From: Chakrabartia sp.
Lineage (GTDB): Bacteria > Pseudomonadota > Alphaproteobacteria > Sphingomonadales > Sphingomonadaceae
Direction: 5' to 3'
Assembly: GCA_040079575.1 (NCBI GenBank)
Contig: JBEBKH010000003.1
Coordinates: 7,854 to 71,853, forward strand
Length of the DNA stretch: 64,000 bases
In this document: piece by piece, positions 39,507 through 47,921 of the stretch
How the letters are laid out: every line of letters starts with the position of its first letter
Numbering within the stretch: position 1 is the stretch's first letter
Notes under the pieces: generated by a model
Databases searched by the model: none
What the model was told of the DNA's origin: nothing
The model's input: the letters and a program-made list of their open reading frames with translations, nothing else
Position numbers and translations under genes: made by a program

Positions 39507-40296
39507 AACAGGGACAAAGCGGTTTCGCTTTTCGGTGCTCAAACCTGAAGGCGGCGTCAACGAAGACATCGAACGGGCGATCATCATCGAAACGCCGATC
39601 GCCATCGAATTTAACGGCATCGGCTATGCCGTGATGATGGCAACGCCCATTGATCTGGATGATTTTGCCATAGGGTTTTGCCTGTCCGAAAAATTGATCG
39701 ACCATGCAGATCAGATATGCGCCATTGATGCACATGAAGCCGCAACAGGATGGATTTTGCGGATCCAGTTGCCGCCCGAAAAGGCCGAAAAAATTATCGC
39801 CCGCGCGCGTCAGCGTGTCTCCGAAAGCAGCTGTGGCCTCTGCGGCATGGACAATCTCGACGAAGTGATGCGCCCTCTCCCTGCGATTACGGCACGGATT
39901 GATGTTGCCGACGCCGCAATTTTTTCAGCATTGAAGGCGTTACGTGCGCATCAGACTTTGAACGCGCTCACCGGCGCATCGCACGCCGCAGCATTTTGTG
40001 CACCGGACGGATCAATCCTGATGACCCGCGAAGATGTCGGTCGCCACAATGCCCTCGACAAAGTGATCGGTGCGCTTGCCACCGCTGGGATAGAGGCTTC
40101 AACCGGGTTTTTGCTGCTCACTGCGCGGTGCAGCTTTGAACTGGCACAGAAAGCGATTTTGGCCAATTGCCCGTTGCTCGTCACAATATCAGCAGCAACC
40201 GATTTGGCGATTACCACAGCGGCAAAATATGACCTGCGTTTGGTCAGTCTTGCTCGCCACGACGGCGTTCTGGTCGCAAAACCGCAAAACGGTTGA
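39493..40296 (+). CDS. fdhD: Formate dehydrogenase sulfurtransferase FdhD/FdsC
   Basis: MMATP, SSCGLCG, HAAA, EDVGRHNALDK. Confidence 0.93.
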   Translation: MGHAETGTKRFRFSVLKPEGGVNEDIERAIIIETPIAIEFNGIGYAVMMATPIDLDDFAIGFCLSEKLIDHADQICAIDAHEAATGWILRIQLPPEKAEKIIARARQRVSESSCGLCGMDNLDEVMRPLPAITARIDVADAAIFSALKALRAHQTLNALTGASHAAAFCAPDGSILMTREDVGRHNALDKVIGALATAGIEASTGFLLLTARCSFELAQKAILANCPLLVTISAATDLAITTAAKYDLRLVSLARHDGVLVAKPQNG

Positions 40297-41173
40297 TCAA
40301 CCAGCTGCGAAACATCGCAATTGCCGGATCGGCCAAATCATCGGCATGCAGTTTCAAATAATAACCATAGCCATCGTCAATCACCGCATCATAGGGCATC
40401 ACCAACCGACCATCGGCTATTTCCTGAGCAAACATGTCGACATCACCCAGAAATACGCCGCTGGCCGTCATTGCATATTGTGCCGCAGCAATGGCAGTAT
40501 CAAACGCCAGCCCCTCATGCGTCGGGACACTGAATCCGCTTTGTCGCAGGTAGGCGGTCCACAGCAAATCACGCGGTTCGCCCTCAAGTTTGAGATGCAA
40601 CAATTCCTGGCTTTTCAGAAAAGATTCCAACGATTGACCTGCGCATGCGGCGGCGGTTTGGGGTGCACATAAAGGGGCAACGCGCACCAGCCACAGCAAG
40701 TCTGTTACGCGGTCATCAACATTGGGCCGGTCATACGCGATGGCCATGTCAAAATCGGTCGCTGGCAATCCCGTGACATGCGCACTGGAAACGTCGATCC
40801 GAATTTCAGGATGCTCGACGCGAAAATCACGCAGCATCGGTAAAAACAATTGCTGCAACAAAGACGGTGGCACATGCAACCGCAGCGACCGGCTTATAAC
40901 ATCGTCATCACGAATTGCATTCATCGTCTGCTCAAGCCGATCAAGGCATTTGCTGACCACAGGTAGAAGTTCTTCGCCGGCTGCTGTCAGTGCCAATCGC
41001 GGCGCATCCCGGTCAAACAATTGCTTGCCAAGCAATTCTTCTAACCCGCCAACATGTCGGCTCATCGCACTTTGAGACACCGATAATGCTGATGCACCGC
41101 CGGTAAAACTCAGATGTTGGCCAACCGCTTCAAACGCCCGCAACGCATTCAGTGGCAGCCAACGGCGATTGAT
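40244..41173 (-). CDS. LysR family regulator (GcvA-like); start codon non-canonical or uncertain
   Basis: NRRWLPLNALRAFEAVGQHLSFTGGASALSVSQSAMSRHV; no ATG or GTG between the upstream in-frame stop (41210) and the HTH. Confidence 0.9.
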   Translation of the reverse strand: MNRRWLPLNALRAFEAVGQHLSFTGGASALSVSQSAMSRHVGGLEELLGKQLFDRDAPRLALTAAGEELLPVVSKCLDRLEQTMNAIRDDDVISRSLRLHVPPSLLQQLFLPMLRDFRVEHPEIRIDVSSAHVTGLPATDFDMAIAYDRPNVDDRVTDLLWLVRVAPLCAPQTAAACAGQSLESFLKSQELLHLKLEGEPRDLLWTAYLRQSGFSVPTHEGLAFDTAIAAAQYAMTASGVFLGDVDMFAQEIADGRLVMPYDAVIDDGYGYYLKLHADDLADPAIAMFRSWLINRFAVLRPERRRGEQD

Positions 41174-41334
41174 CGTGCTTCGGTTTTGGATGGCCCGGAC
41201 CTTTCGATGTTATGCGCAATATCCTGATCCCCTAACTGCCCGACATTTTGACATAGGGCTATGCGAAAATGCGATTTTGAACTGTAACCGGGATGGTCCA
41301 ATCAACTGTCGAGAAAAAGCAGAGGGGCAATGAT

Positions 41335-42543
41335 ATGGATATGAAGCGAATGGATGCGCTTTTTAAGGAGCGGCGTGCCAATCACACACTTCCGCAACCA
41401 CTCTATATCAGTCAGGACGCCTTTGATTTCGACATGACCGCAATCTACGGTCAAAGTTGGTTGATGGCGGGTATGGCATGTGAACTGCCCAAAGCAGGCA
41501 GCTATGTCGCCATGATGGTTGGCAAATGGCCGGTTATCATCACCCGCGACCGACACGGCGAAATCCGCGCCTTTCACAACAGTTGCCGACACCGTGGATC
41601 CATGATCTGCGCACCCGGCAGTGGCACGGCACCAAAACTTGTTTGCCCCTATCACCGCTGGACCTATGATCTCGATGGGGCACTGTTTGCCGCAGGGCGG
41701 ATGCCCGATGATTTTGAAAAGAGCGAACATGGGTTGAAACCAGTGGCGATTGAATGCCGCGCCGGTGCGATCTTCATCTGCCTTTCAGAAAACCCACCCC
41801 CCTTCGATGACTTCGGTGACACACTGGCCGCTTTTTCTGCACCCCACCATTTCGAGGACGCGAAATTGGCGCACCAAAGTGTGCTCGTTGAACATGCCAA
41901 TTGGAAATTGGTGATGGAAAATGCCCGTGAATGCTATCACTGCGCAACGGGACATCCAGAGCTTTCAAAAACATTCCCCGTTGGTATGTCGAAGCATTTT
42001 GATGCCCATGAGGACGCCCGCGCCAGTGCCTTTGCCGCGACAATGGATGGCCTGGAATTTCCCCATACCCCCATCGAGGGTGATTGGTGGCAGGTGGCCC
42101 GTTTTGCCCTCAATGAAGGCTGCGTGTCCATTTCAGCCGATGGCCAGCCACTGGTTAAAAAGTTGATGTGCTCCGCAAATGGCGGAGACATTGGTTCGAT
42201 GCGCTGGGCAATTGACCCACATCTTTTTGCCCATGCCACTGCTGACCATGTTTTCATGTTTAGCGCAATGCCGGTGGGTCCAACCGAAACCCATGTTTAC
42301 AGCAAATGGTTTGTGCACAAAGATGCGGTTGAGGGCGTGGATTATGATGTCTCAGCATTGACCGATTTGTGGACGAAGACCAACGCGCAGGACAAAGAAC
42401 TGGCCGAAAACAACCATGCCGGTGTCAACAGCCCCGGCTATACCCCAGGGCCATATTCTCAAGATGCAGAAATGCTCGCCCAACGTTTTACCGACTGGTA
42501 TTGCGACAAGGCGCGCGCCTATATTGATGCCCATGTCGACTGA
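41335..42543 (+). CDS. Rieske non-heme iron oxygenase alpha subunit (GbcA/Stc2-like), copy 2
   Basis: CRHRG...CPYHRW; ENARECYHC...GHPE; QD ligand; AGAGGGG RBS before MDMKR. Confidence 0.93.
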   Translation: MDMKRMDALFKERRANHTLPQPLYISQDAFDFDMTAIYGQSWLMAGMACELPKAGSYVAMMVGKWPVIITRDRHGEIRAFHNSCRHRGSMICAPGSGTAPKLVCPYHRWTYDLDGALFAAGRMPDDFEKSEHGLKPVAIECRAGAIFICLSENPPPFDDFGDTLAAFSAPHHFEDAKLAHQSVLVEHANWKLVMENARECYHCATGHPELSKTFPVGMSKHFDAHEDARASAFAATMDGLEFPHTPIEGDWWQVARFALNEGCVSISADGQPLVKKLMCSANGGDIGSMRWAIDPHLFAHATADHVFMFSAMPVGPTETHVYSKWFVHKDAVEGVDYDVSALTDLWTKTNAQDKELAENNHAGVNSPGYTPGPYSQDAEMLAQRFTDWYCDKARAYIDAHVD

Positions 42544-43792
42544 TTATACAAAGGGCATGCGCCCAGAAACTCTGGCCGTTTCTTATGGCTATGAACCCGA
42601 AATGGGCATGGGATCGGTTAAACCTCCCATCTTCATGACCTCAACCTTCGTCTATCCTTCAGCGCAGCACGCCAAGGATGTGCACGAAGCCTATTTTGAT
42701 GGCAGCGGGCCGTTGGTTGGCCAAACCAATCATATCTATGCGCGGTTGGGCCATCCCGGTTTGGATTTTCTAGAAAAACGCCTTGCGGCGATTGACGGCG
42801 CAGAAGATGCCGTGGCCTTTTGCAGCGGCATGGCCGCGCATTCCAGCATAGCATTGGCCTATGTGCGCAGCGGCGACAGCGTCATCCACGGACGGCCGAT
42901 TTATGGCGGTGTCGATATGTTGTATAACAGCATCATGCCCCAATTCGGGTCACATGCTGCAGCCTATCTTGACGGTACAAACGAAAATGATGTGCGCGCT
43001 GCGGCCAAGGCGGCGATGGCAAAAGGGCCGTTAAAACTTATTATTGCTGAAACCCCTGCCAATCCGACAGCTGCCATCGTCGATCTTGCTCTGATGGTGC
43101 GGATTGCGAATGAGGTTGGCGCAGAGCAAGGGCATCGCCCCCTCGTTGTTGTTGACAACACCTTGCTTGGCCCCTTTGCCCAGCGCCCAATCGAACACGG
43201 CGTCGATTTGTGCATGACATCGCTCACCAAATATTGCGGCGGGCACAGCGACCTGTTGGCAGGCGGGATCAGCGGACAAAAAGATCTGATCGAACATTTG
43301 CGCATGTTACGGACAAGTTGGGGCAATCATCTTGATCCCTACACGGCCTGGTTGGTCCTGCGGTCTTTAGAATCGGTTGCGGTTCGGACCGAACGAGCAA
43401 TGAGCAATGCGCGCGGTGTTGCAGAATTTCTGCGCGATCATCCTAAAGTGGCAGGTGTAACCTATCTTGGTTTTCTTGAACCCGGCTCACCACAACGCAC
43501 TGTCTATGATCGCCAATGTAAAGCTGCGGGTTCAACCTTCTCTTTCCATCTTCACGGCGGAGAGGCCGAAGCGTTCCGCATGCTCGACGCGTTGCAATGG
43601 ATGAAATTGGCGGTCAGCCTTGGCGGCTCCGAAACGCTAATCTGCCATTCGGCGAGCACGACACATTATGCCGTGGCCCCCGAACAAAGGCTGGCAGGCG
43701 GCATTACCGATGGCACGGTCCGGCTGTCGGTTGGGCTAGAACATGTCGATGATCTGATCGCGGACCTCAATCAAGCATTGGAAGCGGTATAA
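42533..43792 (+). CDS. Cys/Met metabolism PLP enzyme (methionine gamma-lyase/cystathionine gamma-synthase family)
   Basis: KPPIFMTSTF, YARLGHP, SGMAA, IYGG, ETPANP, VDNT, SLTKYCGGHSD (PLP Lys), AVSLGGSETL, RLSVGLE. Confidence 0.92.
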   Translation: MSTDYTKGMRPETLAVSYGYEPEMGMGSVKPPIFMTSTFVYPSAQHAKDVHEAYFDGSGPLVGQTNHIYARLGHPGLDFLEKRLAAIDGAEDAVAFCSGMAAHSSIALAYVRSGDSVIHGRPIYGGVDMLYNSIMPQFGSHAAAYLDGTNENDVRAAAKAAMAKGPLKLIIAETPANPTAAIVDLALMVRIANEVGAEQGHRPLVVVDNTLLGPFAQRPIEHGVDLCMTSLTKYCGGHSDLLAGGISGQKDLIEHLRMLRTSWGNHLDPYTAWLVLRSLESVAVRTERAMSNARGVAEFLRDHPKVAGVTYLGFLEPGSPQRTVYDRQCKAAGSTFSFHLHGGEAEAFRMLDALQWMKLAVSLGGSETLICHSASTTHYAVAPEQRLAGGITDGTVRLSVGLEHVDDLIADLNQALEAV

Positions 43793-45255
43793 TGGAGTTG
43801 AATTTTTCTGGTACGGATGTGTGCGCGATCAATGGTACGCGTAGCCCCGCGGACTCACACTATGATGTCGTTGTGATTGGCGCTGGTACCAGCGGTACGG
43901 CCGCCGCAATCGAGGCTGCCAAAACCGGCAGCGTGGTTCTGTTGATCGATGAAAATCCGGTTTCGGGCGCGCTGATGGGCAATGATGTGCCGCTCTATTT
44001 CGGGGGACGGATGACCGCCGCGACACAGAATAGTGAACGCATGCTGGAAGCCATTTTCATGAACATGCCACATTTGGAACCGGCAATGGAGGCCGGGGTT
44101 GAGGTGCTGCTCGGAACGACAGCCTGGGGCGTTTATCGCAATGGTCCCGGCGTCGCGAGTTTGCCAGAACAGGTCGTGGGTCTCGCCAATGCAGAACGTT
44201 CCTGGCTGGTCGGTTTTAGCCAACTGGTGCTGGCCACAGGCGCGCGCGATTTGGCGATGGCTTTCCCTGGGTGGAACCAGCCGGGCGTGATGGGTGCTGC
44301 TGCCCTCCAAATGCTTCTTAGCCGCTATGACGCCTTCGCTGGGCGGCGCGTGCTTATGCTCGGCTCGCATGATCTGGCGCTTGAAACCGCACTTATCGCG
44401 CATGATCGTGGGATCGACGTGACAGGCTTGGTCGAAGTGCGCAGTAGCCCGCAAGGAAGCCCTGCGTTGATTGCCAAGGTTGAAGCCGCTGGGATCAGCA
44501 TTCGTTGCGGTCAGGCGATTGTGTCTGCCAAAGGCGGCATCGACGGCGTGGAAAGTGCAACACTTTCAACCGGTGAAGAGATTGCTTGCGATACGATTTG
44601 TGTCGCAATTGGCCTTATTCCCTCGATTGAACTGGTCGACGCGATGCACGGAGCCCGTTCCTTAAGTGCCGCGCGTGGTGGCTATATCCCCACAGGTGAA
44701 GCAAGTGTTTCTGCCGTTGGCGACTGTGCAGGCCTGCCCGATACCGGTTTTGACCATATCGCATACCGTATGGAATGGATGCGTGCCCTGTCCGCCGCTT
44801 GCGCCGATGACACGATCATCTGTCAGTGCGAAGAGGTGACGCGCGCAGACCTGATCGGGGTTCAGCCGCCACATTATCTCGCGCGGCCTGCACCAATGTG
44901 TGCGCGTTCCCTTAAGACGTTGCTTGATGATGGCCCCGCCAATCCGGACCAGATTAAACGCCTTACCCGTGCGGGCATGGGGGTGTGTCAGGGACGGCGC
45001 TGCCGCGATCAAGTGGCAATGTTACTTGCCATTGAAGCAGATCAGCCATTCGGCACCATTCCCCTTGCCACGCACAGGGCGCCTGTCCGGCCATTGCCGC
45101 TCAAAATTATGGCCGACTGGCAGGAAAGCGAAGCGATGACAGCCGCATGGGATGTCTGGTTCGGTATTCCAACACAGTGGGTGCCCGTGCAAGATATTGG
45201 CACAGTCCATGAGGATGAACACCGCGAGATGCTCTATACGGGGATGTACACATGA
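43792..45255 (+). CDS. FAD/NAD-dependent oxidoreductase with C-terminal BFD-like 2Fe-2S domain (OoxA/HcnB/proline dehydrogenase alpha-like)
   Basis: IGAGTSG, LATGA, PGWNQPGVM, ICQCEEVT, IKRLTRAGMGVCQGRRC. Confidence 0.85.
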   Translation: MELNFSGTDVCAINGTRSPADSHYDVVVIGAGTSGTAAAIEAAKTGSVVLLIDENPVSGALMGNDVPLYFGGRMTAATQNSERMLEAIFMNMPHLEPAMEAGVEVLLGTTAWGVYRNGPGVASLPEQVVGLANAERSWLVGFSQLVLATGARDLAMAFPGWNQPGVMGAAALQMLLSRYDAFAGRRVLMLGSHDLALETALIAHDRGIDVTGLVEVRSSPQGSPALIAKVEAAGISIRCGQAIVSAKGGIDGVESATLSTGEEIACDTICVAIGLIPSIELVDAMHGARSLSAARGGYIPTGEASVSAVGDCAGLPDTGFDHIAYRMEWMRALSAACADDTIICQCEEVTRADLIGVQPPHYLARPAPMCARSLKTLLDDGPANPDQIKRLTRAGMGVCQGRRCRDQVAMLLAIEADQPFGTIPLATHRAPVRPLPLKIMADWQESEAMTAAWDVWFGIPTQWVPVQDIGTVHEDEHREMLYTGMYT

Positions 45256-46388
45256 GTGGCTCAGATGTTGTCATCGTCGGCGGTGGTGTCACGGGACTTA
45301 GCGCCGCATGGTGGCTGGCGCGTTCTGGGGTCAAGGTCACTGTGATCGACAAGGGCATTGTCGGTTGGGAAGCATCGGGCCGCAACGGCGGCGGCGCATC
45401 GCATTATCAAAGCCCCTTGTTCGATGAAGAACACCGGCTTTGGCCGCAAATGGATGAACTGCTCGGCTACCCGACCGAGCACCAGAAAGATCGCATTCTG
45501 ATTGCGATGACCGAACGTCAGTGGGAACAATATCGCTTTGTTGCGCAGCGCCACAACCGGTTGGGCCACCCGGTCGATATTCTCGACGTGAAACAGGTAC
45601 AGGAGGCCGTGCCGCTGGCGGGTGACACATGTTTTGGCGGCGTTCACTACCGTTTTGGGGGGCATGCCAATCCGCAACGCAGTGTGCAGGCCTATGCTTG
45701 GGCATTCCAAGACCTTGGCGGCACGATCATTCAGCATTGTCCCGTGACCGGTTTTGAAATGACTGGCAGCAAGGTTACTGGTGTTAAAACCACCACGGCA
45801 ACCCACGGCTGTGACGCGGTGGTGGTCGCGGCCGGGCCACAAACATCGCGGCTGATGGCACAACTGGGCGTTGATGTTCCACTGGCCGCTGCGCGCGCTG
45901 AAATGATCATTACCGAACCAGCGCCGATGATGCCCATTGGCGGCGTCGACGGCCACAAGCTTTATGGCCGTCAGACGATGCGTGGAAACCTGGCCTACGG
46001 CGGCGGTCCGCACGAATGGATCGACATTGACGAGACTGGCCCCGTCGCGCGCCCGTCAACGCCGTTGATGCGCAACCTGGCCAGCCGCCTTGCAGAATTG
46101 CTACCCAAAGCGGCGCATTTGAACATTATTCGCAGCTGGGCTGGGGTGATTGAAAACTCCCCTGATGGCCGCCCAATTATCGACCGGCTGACCAGTCCGG
46201 ACAATGTTGTGGTCGCGTCAATGTCTGGCGTGGGTTTTGGATTATCCCCCGCATCTGGGCATGCAATCCGCGATCTGGTGATGGACGGCAGATGCTCCTT
46301 CGCAGACATCAGCATATTGGGCCTCTCACGCTTTGCAGGACTTGAAAGCGACTGGCGTGAAAAACGCGGGTGGATGCCGATTTCATGA
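45252..46388 (+). CDS. DAO-family FAD oxidoreductase (OoxB/HcnC/proline dehydrogenase beta-like)
   Basis: GGGVTG, EASGRNGG, RSWAG, PDGRPII, GFGLSPA. Confidence 0.88.
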   Translation: MSGSDVVIVGGGVTGLSAAWWLARSGVKVTVIDKGIVGWEASGRNGGGASHYQSPLFDEEHRLWPQMDELLGYPTEHQKDRILIAMTERQWEQYRFVAQRHNRLGHPVDILDVKQVQEAVPLAGDTCFGGVHYRFGGHANPQRSVQAYAWAFQDLGGTIIQHCPVTGFEMTGSKVTGVKTTTATHGCDAVVVAAGPQTSRLMAQLGVDVPLAAARAEMIITEPAPMMPIGGVDGHKLYGRQTMRGNLAYGGGPHEWIDIDETGPVARPSTPLMRNLASRLAELLPKAAHLNIIRSWAGVIENSPDGRPIIDRLTSPDNVVVASMSGVGFGLSPASGHAIRDLVMDGRCSFADISILGLSRFAGLESDWREKRGWMPIS

Positions 46389-47641
46389 GCCGCTATTCGG
46401 CGCTTTCTCTGCTGCGCGGTGCGTTGAACGGGCAAAAGCATTGGCAACCCGCGTGGCGTGACCCTGAACCAAAGGCCAATTACGATATCATCATCATTGG
46501 CGGTGGCGGACACGGTTTGGCAACGGCCTATTACCTCGCCAAGGTGCACGGCCTGCGCAATATTGCTGTGCTTGAAAAGGGCTGGATTGGCGGCGGAAAC
46601 ACTGGACGCAATACGACAATTGTGCGTTCCAACTACCGGTTGAAGCCGCTGCATGACCTGTTCGAATTCGGACTGAAAATGTGGGAGAATTTGAGCAACG
46701 AACTCAATTACAACGTCATGTTTTCCCCCCGCGGCGCGATGTTCCTCGGTCATAGTGATGCGGACATGACCATGCTTGCACAGCGCGGCGATGCCATGCG
46801 CTGTGACGGAATCGATGCTGATCTGATGACGCGCGATCAGGTCGCAAAACTTGAACCCCTGATCGACATGTCCCGCGACGCGCGCTTCCCGATTGAAGGC
46901 GGCCTGATCCAACGGCGCGGCGGCACTGCGCGTCATGATGCTGTTGCCTGGGGCTATGCGCGCGGGGCTGACAGTCTGGGTGTCGATATCATTCAGAAAT
47001 GTGAAGTCACAGGCTTTGTGCGTGACGGTGACGCTGTGATCGGCGTTGAAACGACGCGCGGGCGGATCGGTGCTGGGCGCATTGGCATTTGCGTTGCGGG
47101 CAATAGTGGCCATGTCGCGGGCCTTGCGGGCCTGAAACTGCCCATCGAATCGCAGACATTACAAGCGATGGTGACAGAGGGCGTAAAACCGATGATCAAC
47201 AGCGTGATCATGTCGCAATCTTTGCACTGTTACATCAGTCAATCGGACAAGGGCGGCATCGTATTTGGTGGCGATCCCGATAATTGGCCAAGTTATGCGC
47301 AGCGCGGGAACCCGATGGTGATGGAAGGTGCTGTGGCTCAGGGGCTGGCGCTCGTCCCCGCGCTTTCACGATTGCGGATGGTAAGGACGTGGAGCGGAGT
47401 GACCGATATGAGCTGTGACGGTGCGCCGATCATTGGCGAAACGCCCGTCAAAAATCTCTATCTCAATGGCGGCTGGTGCTACGGCGGGTTCAAAGCGACG
47501 CCAGCTTCTGGCTGGACCTATGCACATACGCTGGCAACTGGAAAACCACACCTCCTCAACGCGCCCTTCGCGCTAGACCGATTCAGCAGCGGCGCGACGA
47601 TTGATGAAACCGGCACCGGCCCGATGCCGAACAGCCGGTGA
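46385..47641 (+). CDS. soxB: Heterotetrameric sarcosine oxidase-type beta subunit, copy 1
   Basis: GGGGHGLATAYYL, GNTGRNTTIVRSNY, ARHDAVAW, GGFKATP. Confidence 0.92.
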   Translation: MSRYSALSLLRGALNGQKHWQPAWRDPEPKANYDIIIIGGGGHGLATAYYLAKVHGLRNIAVLEKGWIGGGNTGRNTTIVRSNYRLKPLHDLFEFGLKMWENLSNELNYNVMFSPRGAMFLGHSDADMTMLAQRGDAMRCDGIDADLMTRDQVAKLEPLIDMSRDARFPIEGGLIQRRGGTARHDAVAWGYARGADSLGVDIIQKCEVTGFVRDGDAVIGVETTRGRIGAGRIGICVAGNSGHVAGLAGLKLPIESQTLQAMVTEGVKPMINSVIMSQSLHCYISQSDKGGIVFGGDPDNWPSYAQRGNPMVMEGAVAQGLALVPALSRLRMVRTWSGVTDMSCDGAPIIGETPVKNLYLNGGWCYGGFKATPASGWTYAHTLATGKPHLLNAPFALDRFSSGATIDETGTGPMPNSR

Positions 47642-47657
47642 AGGGTTTTACACTGAC

Positions 47658-47921
47658 ATGATGCAGATCACATGCCCTCATTGCGGTCCACGCGCACAAA
47701 GCGAATTCGTTTTTGAACGTACCCTCGATTCAGTCGTGACGATTGAGGCTTTGCCCAAAGATGCGATGACGACACTTTTTACCCGCAACAACCCTCGTGG
47801 GATGGATGAGGAAATCTGGCGGCATACATTTGGGTGCCGCGCCTGGATGGTGATAACACGCCATAGGGTATCGCATGAAATCAGCAACGTCCGCGCGGTT
47901 GGACCGGAGGTCCTGCCATGA
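47658..47921 (+). CDS. soxD: Sarcosine oxidase delta subunit, copy 1
   Basis: ITCPHCG...RNNPRG...WRHTFGC zinc ligands. Confidence 0.9.
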   Translation: MMQITCPHCGPRAQSEFVFERTLDSVVTIEALPKDAMTTLFTRNNPRGMDEEIWRHTFGCRAWMVITRHRVSHEISNVRAVGPEVLP

